Positions 23,708 through 33,936 are shown, counted from the stretch's first letter. The stretch is 64,000 bases of DNA from an uncultured Eubacteriales bacterium (GCA_934436505.1 CAKSAP010000001.1:147347-211346), one strand, 5' to 3'. Notes: a model not told the origin generated them from the letters alone. Numbers and translations are program-made.

Positions 23708-24544
23708 ATGAAACAGCAGAGAGTGAAAAGCACGGCGGAAATATACAACATTCCACAGTCTATGATAGTTCCGAATCCAAATCAACCGAGAAAGAGGTTT
23801 GATTATGACGAGCTGGAAAATCTTGCACAGAGCATAAGGGAAAACGGAATTCTCCAGCCGATAACCGTAAGAAAACGAGAGGACAAGAAATACGAGCTTG
23901 TTTCGGGAGAAAGGCGGCTTCGTGCGGCAAGGCTTGTCGGAATGGTCAAAATACCGTCAATCGTTATAAACATAGATGATAAAAGCTCCGCAATGTTTTC
24001 AATTATCGAGAATTTGCAAAGACAGAGCTTGAATTTCTTTGAAGAGGCGGAGGCGATTGAAAAGCTTGTCGGAGAATATGCAATGAGCCGTGAGGAAGTG
24101 GCTCAAAAGCTCGGACTTGCACCGTCAACGGTATCAAACAAATTGAGAATTTTACGCTTGCCCGAGGAAATGCGATTTGAGCTTGCAAGGTCGGGACTGA
24201 CGGAGAGCCACGCAAGAGCGTTGCTGATGTTAGAGGACGATAATCAGCGGGCAAGAGCGCTGTCGATTATAGTTGACAGGCACTTAAACGTCGCCGAAAG
24301 CGAACGAATGATAAATCAGATGATAAACAGAAACAACCGTTCTCGCAATCCGCTAAGAGGCATAAGAGACGTCAGACTGTTTATAAATACATTAAATCAT
24401 GCGGTTGACACCATACGCCGAGCAGGTGTTGAAGCGGATGCCGCAAGGAGTGAGACCGAGGAATACATAGAATATGTTGTCCGTATTCCGAAATCTGAAC
24501 AGCTCCGCATAGCTTTGCCGGGAGAGACCGACGAAGCTATATAA
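23708..24544 (+). CDS. noc: ParB-family protein (Noc-like first ParB paralog)
   Basis: 278 aa, ParB N-terminal GERRxRA box, HTH, at the position of noc/parB1 after rsmG. Confidence 0.75.
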   Translation: MKQQRVKSTAEIYNIPQSMIVPNPNQPRKRFDYDELENLAQSIRENGILQPITVRKREDKKYELVSGERRLRAARLVGMVKIPSIVINIDDKSSAMFSIIENLQRQSLNFFEEAEAIEKLVGEYAMSREEVAQKLGLAPSTVSNKLRILRLPEEMRFELARSGLTESHARALLMLEDDNQRARALSIIVDRHLNVAESERMINQMINRNNRSRNPLRGIRDVRLFINTLNHAVDTIRRAGVEADAARSETEEYIEYVVRIPKSEQLRIALPGETDEAI

Positions 24545-24671
24545 CCGATAAAACGGGCGTTTGTGATAATACCCCTGTTGCACTCGCCGTTTTATATACC
24601 CATATCCTTCTCTTTCACACCCCACATCCACAAGCAAACGGCGAATTCCTTTCGGAGTTCGCCGTTTGCTG

Positions 24672-24687
24672 TGTTTCACGTGAAACA
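24672..24687. promoter_or_regulatory. parS site 3
   Basis: Perfect TGTTTCACGTGAAACA in the noc-soj intergenic region. An 11-bp-stem hairpin (CAAACGGCGAA...TTCGCCGTTTG) at 24636-24669 sits just before it. Confidence 0.8.
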
Positions 24688-24723
24688 ATATTTATAAAAA
24701 TCTCTTGTTTTTAACAAAAAGTG

Positions 24724-24752
24724 TTTAATTTTGCGTATTGTTATGTTATAAT
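24724..24752 (+). promoter_or_regulatory. candidate promoter for soj
   Basis: Extended -10 TGTTATAAT at 24744-52 with a weak -35 (TTTAAT/TTAATT) 16-17 bp upstream. Confidence 0.4.
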
Positions 24753-24832
24753 ATTACGGCACGATAAATTCAGCAGCGAAACGGATGAAAACTACTCGTT
24801 TCGGGGTTTAAGATATATGGAGTGAAAAGCGA

Positions 24833-25594
24833 ATGTCTAAAATCATTTCGATTATTAACCAAAAGGGCGGAGTGGGCAAAACCACAACTGCCGTCAATCT
24901 TTCCGCAGCTATCGGCGCATTGGGAAAGAAGGTTTTGCTTGTTGATATTGACCCACAGGGAAATTCCACAAGCGGATACGGTATAAATAAAAGAGAAATC
25001 AAAAGTTCAACCTACGATATGCTTATAAACTCTGTCAAGGCTTCCGATGTAGTAATCAACACAAAATTCAAAAATGTTGATTTACTCCCCTCGGATATGA
25101 ACCTTGCAGGAGCAGAGGTTGAAATGATCGGAATTGAAAAGCGTGAAAGCCTTGTTAAAATGGCTCTTGCGGAGATCTGGGATAATTACGATTATATTTT
25201 CCTTGACTGTCCGCCCTCGCTCGGACTTATTACAATCAACGCACTTTGCGCAAGCGACACCTTCCTTGTGCCGATACAGTGCGAATACTATGCACTTGAG
25301 GGTCTTGCACAGCTTATGGCGACGGTCAGGCAGATTAAAAGGCTTTATAATCCGCATATTGAAATTGAGGGCGTGCTGCTTACAATGTATGACGGCAGAC
25401 TTAATCTTACAAATCAGGTTGTAGACGAGGTTAAGAGATTTTTTCCGCAAAAGGTGTATTCCTCGACCATTCCGAGAAACGTCAGACTTTCGGAAGCACC
25501 GAGCTTTGGCGAGCCGATTATGTATTACGACAGAAGCTCTAAAGGCTCGCTTGCCTATGCGGCTCTTGCCGATGAATTTTTGAAAAAGCAGTAA
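24833..25594 (+). CDS. soj: chromosome partitioning ATPase ParA/Soj
   Basis: 253 aa with the deviant Walker A KGGVGKTT. Confidence 0.92.
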   Translation: MSKIISIINQKGGVGKTTTAVNLSAAIGALGKKVLLVDIDPQGNSTSGYGINKREIKSSTYDMLINSVKASDVVINTKFKNVDLLPSDMNLAGAEVEMIGIEKRESLVKMALAEIWDNYDYIFLDCPPSLGLITINALCASDTFLVPIQCEYYALEGLAQLMATVRQIKRLYNPHIEIEGVLLTMYDGRLNLTNQVVDEVKRFFPQKVYSSTIPRNVRLSEAPSFGEPIMYYDRSSKGSLAYAALADEFLKKQ

Positions 25595-25608
25595 TGGAGG
25601 TAGGTTAT

Positions 25609-26199
25609 ATGAAAAATATAACACCGATTGCAATTTTATTGGTTTTGACTTCCGTATTACTTACCTCATGCGGAAAGCCGGAGGAGTTTGTGCCTGTGCC
25701 GGTAATTACAACAGGAGAGGCAACAACGGAAGCTGTTACATACAAATACAGCAATTTGGATGTTTTAGGTGCAAAAATGGGTATGAGCATTGAGGAAACT
25801 CAGAACGCTTTAGGTGTTAAGACTGATATTCAGGTAAACGACAGCGCAGTTCCGTTTTTTGCGATAAAAAAGAGTGGCTTGCCGTTTGTCTCCGAGGGCG
25901 TCGAGAGTGTGGTGTATTTTATATTTGACTACAATATGCGCCTTTGCGAGGTACAGTACGCAACCTCTGAAAAAACAGGCTTTGTGCTCAAGGACGCAAT
26001 TTCGACTTATGATAAAAATTTCGGAAAGCACGCAGAAGTGAAATATGAAGAGAATAAGACGAATTACGTTTGGTATCAAGGCGGAGTATATATTATAGTA
26101 ACCACCACAAAAAACAGTCAAAGTGCAGTATCATTCTTTGACGAGAATTATTTTGCAAAATCCAATCCGGAAGAAGTTAAGGCATACGCTCAGGCGTAG
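25609..26199 (+). CDS. predicted lipoprotein of unknown function, inserted between soj and spo0J
   Basis: Signal peptide with an LLTSC lipobox. GGAGG RBS before the ATG at 25609. No recognisable domain. Spacers are 14 nt after soj and 13 nt before spo0J. Confidence 0.6.
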   Translation: MKNITPIAILLVLTSVLLTSCGKPEEFVPVPVITTGEATTEAVTYKYSNLDVLGAKMGMSIEETQNALGVKTDIQVNDSAVPFFAIKKSGLPFVSEGVESVVYFIFDYNMRLCEVQYATSEKTGFVLKDAISTYDKNFGKHAEVKYEENKTNYVWYQGGVYIIVTTTKNSQSAVSFFDENYFAKSNPEEVKAYAQA

Positions 26200-26212
26200 G
26201 GAGGAGAAATAT

Positions 26213-27076
26213 ATGGCAGCTAAAAAAGGCGGCTTGGGTAAGGGCATGAGTGCTCTTATTTATGATAACGCTATGGAACCGGCTTCGGGCGAAAGCGTCA
26301 GGCTTTCAATTAACGAAATAGAGCCTAACCGAGATCAGCCGAGAAAAATTTTTGAGGAACAGGCTTTGGCAGAGCTTTCCGCTTCGATAAAAGAGCACGG
26401 AGTTTTGCAGCCGTTGCTTGTAAGACCTATGGCGGACGGCAGCTACCGTCTTGTTGCAGGCGAGAGAAGATACCGTGCGGCAAGGATGGCGGGAGTTACA
26501 GAGGTTCCCGTTACAATCCGTGAGATGACGGATGAAGAGGAGAGCATCTTTGCTCTTATCGAAAACTTGCACAGAGAGGATCTCAATGCTATCGAGGAAG
26601 CGCAGGGAATAAAAACTCTTATCGACACATTTGGATTCACGCAAGAGGAAGCGGCTCAAAAGGTCGGCAAATCGAGAACTGCGGTTACAAACAGTTTGAG
26701 ATTGCTCAATCTTCCCGAGGATATTTCGGCTCTTGTAAGAGACGGCAAAATTTCAATGGGACACGCAAGGGCGTTGCTTTCGTTTGAGGATACGGCAGAG
26801 GCTTCGAGAGTGGCACAGCTTGTTGTTAAGGACGGAATTTCCGTTCGTGATGTAGAGCGACTTGCAAAGAGTGCACAGAAAACTAAAAGATCACCTGAAA
26901 AGCGTGAAAAGAAGCGTGATATTTTTTATGATGAGGTCGAAATCGCACTTTCAAAAATGCTTGGCAGAAAAGTAAAGGTTTTCGTTTCAAAGGGCGGAAG
27001 CGGAACTCTCGAGGTTGAGTTTTTCTCAAAATCAGACCTTGAAAAGCTTTCAAAACAGTTTGAAAATCTTGAATAA
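26213..27076 (+). CDS. spo0J: chromosome partitioning protein ParB/Spo0J
   Basis: About 287 aa, ParB box GERRYRA, HTH, GGGAGGAG RBS. Start set at the internal Met, not the ORF-track start. Confidence 0.9.
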   Translation: MAAKKGGLGKGMSALIYDNAMEPASGESVRLSINEIEPNRDQPRKIFEEQALAELSASIKEHGVLQPLLVRPMADGSYRLVAGERRYRAARMAGVTEVPVTIREMTDEEESIFALIENLHREDLNAIEEAQGIKTLIDTFGFTQEEAAQKVGKSRTAVTNSLRLLNLPEDISALVRDGKISMGHARALLSFEDTAEASRVAQLVVKDGISVRDVERLAKSAQKTKRSPEKREKKRDIFYDEVEIALSKMLGRKVKVFVSKGGSGTLEVEFFSKSDLEKLSKQFENLE

Positions 27077-27107
27077 TAAATGATTAAGAATATCGGAGGA
27101 TATAAAA

Positions 27108-28397
27108 ATGCTTGATATTAAATTTTTAAGGGAAAATCCCGACGCAGTAAAGGAAAATATTAAAAAGAAGTTTCAGGATGAAAAGCTTCCTTTGGTTGAC
27201 GAGGTAATTAAGCTTGACCTTGAATACAGAGAGTCTAAAACAAAGGGCGACGCATTGAGAGGCGACCGTAACCGTATCAGCAAGGAAATCGGTATGTTTA
27301 TGGGCAAGGGTCTCAAGGATGAGGCTGAAAGCGCAAAGTCAAAGGTTAAGGAAATCAACGGGGAGCTTGAAGCACTTGAGGTTAAGGAGCAGGAGCTTGC
27401 CGCCGAAATCAAAAAGAGAATGATGGTCATTCCGAATATTATCGGCAAGGATGTGCCGATAGGCAAGGACGACAGCGAAAACGTTGAGCTTGAAAAATTC
27501 GGCGAGCCTGTTGTGCCCAGCTATGAAATTCCTTATCACGTTGATATTATGGAATCGTTTGACGGTATCGACCTTGATTCCGCAAGAAGGACAAGCGGTA
27601 ACGGCTTCTATTATCTTTCGGGCGATATTGCAAGACTTCATTCCGCAATTCTCTCTTACGCAAGAGATTTTATGATTGACAGAGGCTTTACCTACTATGT
27701 TCCGCCGTTTATGATAAGAAGCGACGTTGTAACGGGCGTTATGAGCTTCGCAGAGATGGAAAATATGATGTATAAAATCGAGGGCGAGGATCTCTATCTT
27801 ATCGGTACGAGCGAGCACTCGATGATAGGCAAATTTATCGATACTATCATTCCCGAAGCAGAGCTTCCGAAGGCACTTACTTCTTATTCTCCGTGCTTCC
27901 GTAAGGAGGTCGGCGCACACGGTATCGAGGAGAGAGGCGTTTACAGAATACACCAATTCGAAAAGCAGGAAATGGTTGTTGTATGTAAGCCCGAGGAGAG
28001 CGACGAGTGGTACGATAAGCTTTGGAACAACACAGTTGATTTCTTCCGCAGCCTTGATATTCCCGTAAGAACTCTTGAATGTTGCTCGGGCGACCTTGCA
28101 GACCTCAAGGTTAAGAGCCTTGACGTTGAGGCTTGGAGTCCCAGACAGAAAAAGTATTTTGAGGTTGGCTCATGCTCAAACCTCGGAGATGCACAGGCAA
28201 GGCGTCTCGGAATCAGAATTAAGGGTAAGGACGGCAACTATTTTGCACACACACTTAACAACACGGTTGTTGCGCCTCCGAGAATGTTGATTGCTTATCT
28301 TGAAAACAATCTTAACGAGGACGGAACAGTCAGAATTCCCGAGCCGCTTAGAATGTATATGGGCGGCAAGAGCCTTATCGAAAAGAAAAGCAAATAA
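27108..28397 (+). CDS. serS: serine--tRNA ligase
   Basis: 429 aa with an N-terminal coiled-coil arm and class II core motifs. Only 31 nt separate it from spo0J, so there is no room for a T-box leader. Confidence 0.95.
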   Translation: MLDIKFLRENPDAVKENIKKKFQDEKLPLVDEVIKLDLEYRESKTKGDALRGDRNRISKEIGMFMGKGLKDEAESAKSKVKEINGELEALEVKEQELAAEIKKRMMVIPNIIGKDVPIGKDDSENVELEKFGEPVVPSYEIPYHVDIMESFDGIDLDSARRTSGNGFYYLSGDIARLHSAILSYARDFMIDRGFTYYVPPFMIRSDVVTGVMSFAEMENMMYKIEGEDLYLIGTSEHSMIGKFIDTIIPEAELPKALTSYSPCFRKEVGAHGIEERGVYRIHQFEKQEMVVVCKPEESDEWYDKLWNNTVDFFRSLDIPVRTLECCSGDLADLKVKSLDVEAWSPRQKKYFEVGSCSNLGDAQARRLGIRIKGKDGNYFAHTLNNTVVAPPRMLIAYLENNLNEDGTVRIPEPLRMYMGGKSLIEKKSK

Positions 28398-28410
28398 GAG
28401 CAAATAAAAA

Positions 28411-28445
28411 ATTAAACGCTGTGCAAAGCACAGCGTTTTTTGTTG
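28411..28445. terminator. bidirectional rho-independent terminator (serS / LMW-PTP)
   Basis: AACGCTGTGC-AAA-GCACAGCGTT hairpin flanked by an A-run and a T-run. Confidence 0.7.
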
Positions 28446-28450
28446 CAGTT

Positions 28451-28915
28451 TTATTCTGTTAATGCTTTTAGCAATGCCTCACAGCCCTTGTAAATATCGT
28501 TGTAGCAACGCTCGAAATCCCTTGTGTACCACGGGTCGGACACATCTGCATTACTTCCCGTATATTCCATAAGCTTGCGAATTTTATTGTCGCTGTCGCC
28601 ACGGAGAATACGCTTCATATTTCTTATATTTGCGCTGTCCATACCGATAAACAAATCGTATTTATCATAATCGCTCGAAGTCAGCTGAACGGCACGCTTG
28701 CCGTCGGGATTTATCGAGTGAGCTTCAAGCACGGCTCTCGCAGGCGGATACACGGGATTTCCCACGCCGTTCCAAATCTCCTCGGTGCTTGTTGCACTTG
28801 ATGAAATAAGAAACTCGCTTTCAAGTCCCTTGCGTTTAACCATATCTTTAAGTATAAATTCCGCCATCGGCGAACGGCATATATTGCCGTGGCAGACAAA
28901 CATTATTTTTTTCAT
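28451..28915 (-). CDS. low-molecular-weight protein-tyrosine phosphatase
   Basis: 154 aa with the CHGNICRS P-loop (CX5R) and a DPWY Asp loop. Confidence 0.8.
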   Translation of the reverse strand: MKKIMFVCHGNICRSPMAEFILKDMVKRKGLESEFLISSSATSTEEIWNGVGNPVYPPARAVLEAHSINPDGKRAVQLTSSDYDKYDLFIGMDSANIRNMKRILRGDSDNKIRKLMEYTGSNADVSDPWYTRDFERCYNDIYKGCEALLKALTE

Positions 28916-29069
28916 TGCTACACTTCTTTTGCTTTATATTAAAAGGTTTTTATTAACAGTTACTAACCATAATGCTGATGATTTCGTCGTTTGTTTCTTT
29001 CATACCGTCTTTTCCGAGACGACCGACATTACGAATTGTGGCGTCCGCACCCTTTTGTGTTATATTAAA

Positions 29070-30110
29070 TTATTTTTGGCAGTCAACCGCAACCTTGATA
29101 ACGTTTTCTTTTTTGTTCTCGAAAATGTCATAGGCTTCTTCGATTTTTGAAAGCGGATAGGTGTGTGTAATTAACGGCTCTGTGTTGATTTTTCCCTGTG
29201 CGATAAGCTCTAAGGTTTCGTCGCAGTCGCAGCCGTCAACGCCGCCTGTTTTGAAAATCAGGTTTTTGCCGTACATATCGGGAAGCGGCAAGGTTTGAGC
29301 TTCATCATAAAGAGCCACGACCGTTACAATCGCATTCGGTCTTGCACATTCCCACGCCAAACGGAAGGTTGAGCTTGCGCCTGCAACCTCAAGCACTCTG
29401 TCTGCGCCGCCGTGATCGCTGTTTTTCAGCACAAAATCAGCACAGCTCTCGGGTGTAACCGTAAGAACCTCGGGGTAATGCTCATTTATGAATTTGATAC
29501 GGCTTTCATCCTTTTCACACACGATTATACGCTTCGGATTTTTAAGCATAACGCAAAGCAGGGTGCAAATTCCCGTTGGACCAGCGCCGATAATAAGCAC
29601 GGTGTCATCCTCGGTTATTTCGGAAATGCGAGCAGCCCAAAAGCCTGTCGCAAGCACATCTCCGACAAATAAAGCCTGTCTGTCGCTAACGGTATCGGGA
29701 ATTTTATTTAATCCACGGTCGGCAAAGGGGACACGCACATATTCAGCCTGACCGCCGTCAATTCGGCAGCCGAGAGCCCAACCGCCGTTTTTGTATGTGC
29801 AGTTGTTGACGTAGCCGTGCTTGCAGAAAAAGCACTCTCCGCAAAAGGTTTCGACGTTTACCGTTACTCTGTCGCCGACCTTAACATTAGTTACGGCGCT
29901 TCCGATTTCTTCGACAATTCCGACCATCTCGTGTCCTACCGTAATTCCGGGGACGGCACGGGGAACGCTTCCGTGCTTAATGTGCAAATCGCTTGAGCAA
30001 ATACTTGCAAGCGTAACCCTGACAATTGCATCACGCTCATTTAGAAGCACAGGCTTCGGTTTTTCTCTTAGTTCAAAATTACCCTTTGATACATATGTAT
30101 ATGTAAGCAT
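29070..30110 (-). CDS. zinc-dependent alcohol dehydrogenase (MDR family)
   Basis: GHEMVG and CGECFFC structural-zinc motifs, GxGxxG Rossmann fold. Start set at MLTYTYVSKGNFEL. Confidence 0.8.
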   Translation of the reverse strand: MLTYTYVSKGNFELREKPKPVLLNERDAIVRVTLASICSSDLHIKHGSVPRAVPGITVGHEMVGIVEEIGSAVTNVKVGDRVTVNVETFCGECFFCKHGYVNNCTYKNGGWALGCRIDGGQAEYVRVPFADRGLNKIPDTVSDRQALFVGDVLATGFWAARISEITEDDTVLIIGAGPTGICTLLCVMLKNPKRIIVCEKDESRIKFINEHYPEVLTVTPESCADFVLKNSDHGGADRVLEVAGASSTFRLAWECARPNAIVTVVALYDEAQTLPLPDMYGKNLIFKTGGVDGCDCDETLELIAQGKINTEPLITHTYPLSKIEEAYDIFENKKENVIKVAVDCQK

Positions 30111-30194
30111 TTTATCAATCTCTTTCTTGAAAAGTTTATCTCGCTGATAATTATAGAGCATTAGGAGAAATATTTCAATACGGCGGTCAAAGCA

Positions 30195-30227
30195 AAAAGA
30201 AAAAGCACCGTGTTTCTACAGTGCTTT
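30195..30227 (-). terminator. rho-independent terminator after ybjQ
   Basis: On the minus strand, AGCACUG...CGGUGCU stem followed by TTTTTCTTTTT. Confidence 0.5.
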
Positions 30228-30243
30228 AGTCTTAATACAAAGC

Positions 30244-30570
30244 TTATTGCTTTTCGAGTATTACTGCTGTTCCGCTGACGGATACCATAAGCATATTTCC
30301 GCCCTGTCCGAGCACCTCATAGTCAATATCAACGCCGACAACCGCATTTGCGCCCATAGTTAAAGCACGCTGCTCAAGCTCGTGAAGCGCCTGCTCTCTT
30401 GCGTCGATAAGCTCTCCCTCATATGAGCCCGAGCGACCGCCGAAGAAGTTGGTAAGCCCTGCCGCAAAATCCTTTACGAAGTTTACGCCCGAGATTACCT
30501 CTCCGCATACAACGCCGAGATATTTTTCGATTTTTCTTCCGTCAACAGACGGTGTGGTTGTGATGATCAT
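30244..30570 (-). CDS. ybjQ: YbjQ/UPF0145 (DUF74) family protein
   Basis: 108 aa, typical YbjQ-family length and glycine-rich pattern. Confidence 0.8.
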   Translation of the reverse strand: MIITTTPSVDGRKIEKYLGVVCGEVISGVNFVKDFAAGLTNFFGGRSGSYEGELIDAREQALHELEQRALTMGANAVVGVDIDYEVLGQGGNMLMVSVSGTAVILEKQ

Positions 30571-30581
30571 AAAAATCCTCC

Positions 30582-31151
30582 TTATTCAAAAAGCTTTGAA
30601 AATTCTGCTTCTGCCTCTTTTTTAATTTCTGCCGAGAAAAAGCCGAGCACCATACAAAAAACCGCACTTTCAAGCTTTTGCTTTGAGTCCTCGTTCGGAC
30701 CGACATAGTCCGTTAATTCATTTTCGATAATTTCCTTTATGATTGCTTTGTCGGTGGTCTGCTTTTTGTCAACCTGCGAAATTACCGAGCATATCACGCT
30801 GAAAAGTCTGCGGTCGGGGATAATATCGTCGCTTCGGTCATCAACCTCGCCGTTTATGTAGCGCATAAGAGCAATTATTTTTTCAAGCTGCATAGAGCTT
30901 CTGAGCATATTTATAAGTATAATTCTGACTATTTGCTGTTCGCCGTAACGCTTTCCGCTCGGACGTTCGACCCAGCCACGCTTTACCCAATTTTGAATTG
31001 TAGAGCCCTCAAGCCCCGTCAATTCCTTTAATTGAGACAGCGTCAGTCCCTTTGTAACCGAAAGAACAGGCGATAAAACCGCAAAGGCGTTTTGACTTAA
31101 AGCGTCGTTCCATTCAAGGACTGTTCCGGGGATGTTCTTTAACATATTCAT
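30582..31151 (-). CDS. hypothetical protein with a MerR-like HTH segment (possibly DUF1836-like)
   Basis: [25 protein letters not shown] resembles an HTH. Start chosen at internal MNML. The family assignment is from memory only. Confidence 0.4.
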   Translation of the reverse strand: MNMLKNIPGTVLEWNDALSQNAFAVLSPVLSVTKGLTLSQLKELTGLEGSTIQNWVKRGWVERPSGKRYGEQQIVRIILINMLRSSMQLEKIIALMRYINGEVDDRSDDIIPDRRLFSVICSVISQVDKKQTTDKAIIKEIIENELTDYVGPNEDSKQKLESAVFCMVLGFFSAEIKKEAEAEFSKLFE

Positions 31152-31389
31152 CAATCCTTTTGCTGTTGTAATATGATAATAACACAGGTTCGTGTGAACT
31201 TCAAGTGCTGTTTTAAGACGATTTTGCCTGATTGATTGCAATTTCAAGCGATTTTTATGCAAAATAAGGCTTTTTTGGAAGCTTTCTTCTGCTGAAAATA
31301 TTTTAATTCGGTTTATTTATCTAAATGTATGTGATATAATTTATAAGAATGTGATTAAAAATAGGACACGTCGGATAGGTGCAGTGCAG

Positions 31390-33270
31390 ATGGGAATAAC
31401 GGCTTTTAATTCGGAAGATAAATATTATAAAAGTAAAAAAGGCGCAGTCGAGACGGGCGAAACCGTGAAATTCAGGATTATCGTTCCACGCTCGTTCGGC
31501 GCAAATTCCGCATGCCTTTCTTTAAGAGGCGACTCGCAGGAGGACTACGAGTCAAAGGGTATGTATTGGGCAGGAATGTACGGCGACTCGCACGAGGTTT
31601 GGGACATAGAAGCTCAAATTTACACCGCAGGACTTTATTGGTATCATTTTGACATTTCCTCTCCGTGGGGAGAAACCAAGCTTTGCAAGTCGTCGGATTT
31701 TACAGGCGTGTTTTCGTCGCTTACGTCAGAGACCTCCGATTGGCAGCTGACCGTTTGCAGCTCGGATTTCAAAACTCCCGATTGGCTGAAGGGCGGAATT
31801 ATTTATCAAATTTTCCCCGACCGCTTTTATAATTCAGGCGAAAAAAAGAAAAATATACCGTCCGACAGAATTTTGCGAGACGACACGGAAAATCAACCCT
31901 ATTGGCGACCGAATAAAAACGGCAAGGTGCTAAACAACGATTATTTCGGCGGCGACCTCAAGGGAATTGAAGAAAAATTACCGTATCTTTCGGAGCTCGG
32001 CGTTACCTGTATTTATCTCAACCCCATATTTGAGGCGCACTCGAATCATCGCTACAACACAGCAGATTACACGAAAATCGACCCGTTGCTCGGCACGGAA
32101 AAGGATTTCGCTTCGCTTTGTCAGGCGGCACATAAAAGGGATATAAAAATTATACTTGACGGCGTTTTTTCGCACACGGGCGACGACAGCGTTTATTTTA
32201 ACAAGCACCGTCGTTACGGAGACGGCGGAGCGTATAACTCAAAGCAGTCGCCGTATTTCAAGTGGTATAAATTCGAACACTATCCCGATAAGTACGCTTC
32301 GTGGTGGGGCTTTGACACGCTTCCCGAGGTTACGGAGGAGTGCGAGGATTACCTTGAATTTATCACGGGGGAAAACGGAATTATAGCAAAATGGCTCAAA
32401 TTAGGAGCAGACGGTTGGCGGCTTGATGTTGCCGACGAATTGCCCGATGTCTTTCTTGACAAGGTAAGGCTTGCGGTTAAAAAGGCTAAGCCCGAGGCTC
32501 TTTTGCTCGGCGAGGTTTGGGAGGATGCCACAAATAAATTTTCCTACGGTCAAAGAAGAAAGTTTTTGCTCGGCGAGCAGTTTGACAGCGTTATGAACTA
32601 TCCGTTTGCCAACGCTGTGCTTGATTTTGCGAGATACGGCGTTGCCGAAGACTTTATGAAAAGCGTGATGTCGATAATCGGCAATTATCCTAAGCAGGCG
32701 CTTGATGTTATGATGAACCACATAGGTACTCACGACACCGAGCGAGCTATAACCCGTATTGTCGGGGAAAGCTGCGAATACAGGAACAGACAATGGCAGA
32801 GCGAGCATTTCTTGTCGCCCGAGCAGAAGGAAAAGGGCATACGCCTTATGAAAATGGCTTCTGCGCTTCAGTTTATGCTTCCGGGTGTACCGAGCGTTTA
32901 CTACGGCGACGAGATTTCAATGCAAGGCTATAAGGACCCGTTCAACAGAGCTTACTTTGAGTGGGATAATACGCAGTGTGAGCTGCACGCTCATTATGTA
33001 CGTCTCGGAAAATTGAGAAAAGAGAACGAGTGCTTAAAGGACGGAGAGTTCAACCCCGTGTCGGCGGCTCTCGGCTGCGTTGCGTTTGAGCGACGGGGCA
33101 AAAAAGAAAGCCTGCTCATTATAGCCAACAGGAATGAAAACGGCATTACCTATAATTTGCCGCAGAGCTGGCACAACAGCGAACGTCTTTTCTGCGGATA
33201 TAATTGCGGAGAGTCCGTGTTCATTGACGGTACTTCTGCGGTTATTCTCAAAAGGGCGGAATTATCTTAA
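31390..33270 (+). CDS. GH13 alpha-amylase-family enzyme (neopullulanase/cyclomaltodextrinase-like)
   Basis: N-terminal domain then a GH13 core: DGVFSHTG, GWRLDVADE, EVWED, HDTER conserved regions. Start at MGITAFN (31390). Confidence 0.85.
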   Translation: MGITAFNSEDKYYKSKKGAVETGETVKFRIIVPRSFGANSACLSLRGDSQEDYESKGMYWAGMYGDSHEVWDIEAQIYTAGLYWYHFDISSPWGETKLCKSSDFTGVFSSLTSETSDWQLTVCSSDFKTPDWLKGGIIYQIFPDRFYNSGEKKKNIPSDRILRDDTENQPYWRPNKNGKVLNNDYFGGDLKGIEEKLPYLSELGVTCIYLNPIFEAHSNHRYNTADYTKIDPLLGTEKDFASLCQAAHKRDIKIILDGVFSHTGDDSVYFNKHRRYGDGGAYNSKQSPYFKWYKFEHYPDKYASWWGFDTLPEVTEECEDYLEFITGENGIIAKWLKLGADGWRLDVADELPDVFLDKVRLAVKKAKPEALLLGEVWEDATNKFSYGQRRKFLLGEQFDSVMNYPFANAVLDFARYGVAEDFMKSVMSIIGNYPKQALDVMMNHIGTHDTERAITRIVGESCEYRNRQWQSEHFLSPEQKEKGIRLMKMASALQFMLPGVPSVYYGDEISMQGYKDPFNRAYFEWDNTQCELHAHYVRLGKLRKENECLKDGEFNPVSAALGCVAFERRGKKESLLIIANRNENGITYNLPQSWHNSERLFCGYNCGESVFIDGTSAVILKRAELS

Positions 33271-33522
33271 AAGCAGGGTTACACCTGCGCCGGTCATGGC
33301 GGACAGTAACAGGCAGACTATTTTCAACACAACATTTTTTATCTTTGCACGGCGTGTAACGGGAACTTTATCATTGCCCGAAAGAGCTTGCAGGGCTTTT
33401 TCGTTGAGCCGCCTTTCGCTGAGAGTGGAATACTCCGGTTTTACAAAGAACAATGCCTTTTCAAAGTATTTTGTACCTGTTTCGTGTACCTCAAGAACCT
33501 GTCTGTTTACACCTTTAATCAT
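33262..33522 (-). CDS. small hypothetical protein with a C-terminal TM helix
   Basis: 86 aa, AAGGA RBS, hydrophobic C-terminus. No recognisable family. Confidence 0.4.
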   Translation of the reverse strand: MIKGVNRQVLEVHETGTKYFEKALFFVKPEYSTLSERRLNEKALQALSGNDKVPVTRRAKIKNVVLKIVCLLLSAMTGAGVTLLLR

Positions 33523-33936
33523 ATTGCTGTGTCCTTTACGATTTGTTGATTTTAGTATGGTATATTTTGGCTGAAATATACGAGAGATTGCAGCCGAATT
33601 TATGTCAATATGGGATTTTATACAAAATTATTTTCACGGAAAATATTACAGAATGTATATTTTTGTTTTGTTCAAAAATGTTCAAAACACCGTTCAAAAT
33701 GTTGATAAGTAGACGTAAAAACTGTGTAAAACTCGGTTTTTACCGCACTTTTCGCCAATTGTTTATAACTTTTCGATATTCACAGGTAAATACTGTAAGT
33801 TATTATAGCTTTACTAAATATTACGTTTGGTAGTTATTTTTTGAGTAAGCCCCGCAAAACTTTTTGTGCAAATTCACATTGTGGGTTTTTAATATAATTT
33901 TCTGTGATTTTTGTGTATTTTTTTAGGAGTGATGAT

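Noticed and set aside
27077-27107. T-box riboswitch upstream of serS
   Set aside because: The spacer is only 31 nt, far too short for a T-box leader.
33543-33833. 96-aa plus-strand ORF in the AT-rich region upstream of the Ogg-like gene
   Set aside because: It lies in a 75% AT intergenic tract containing the repeat array. It has no RBS and a low-complexity translation.
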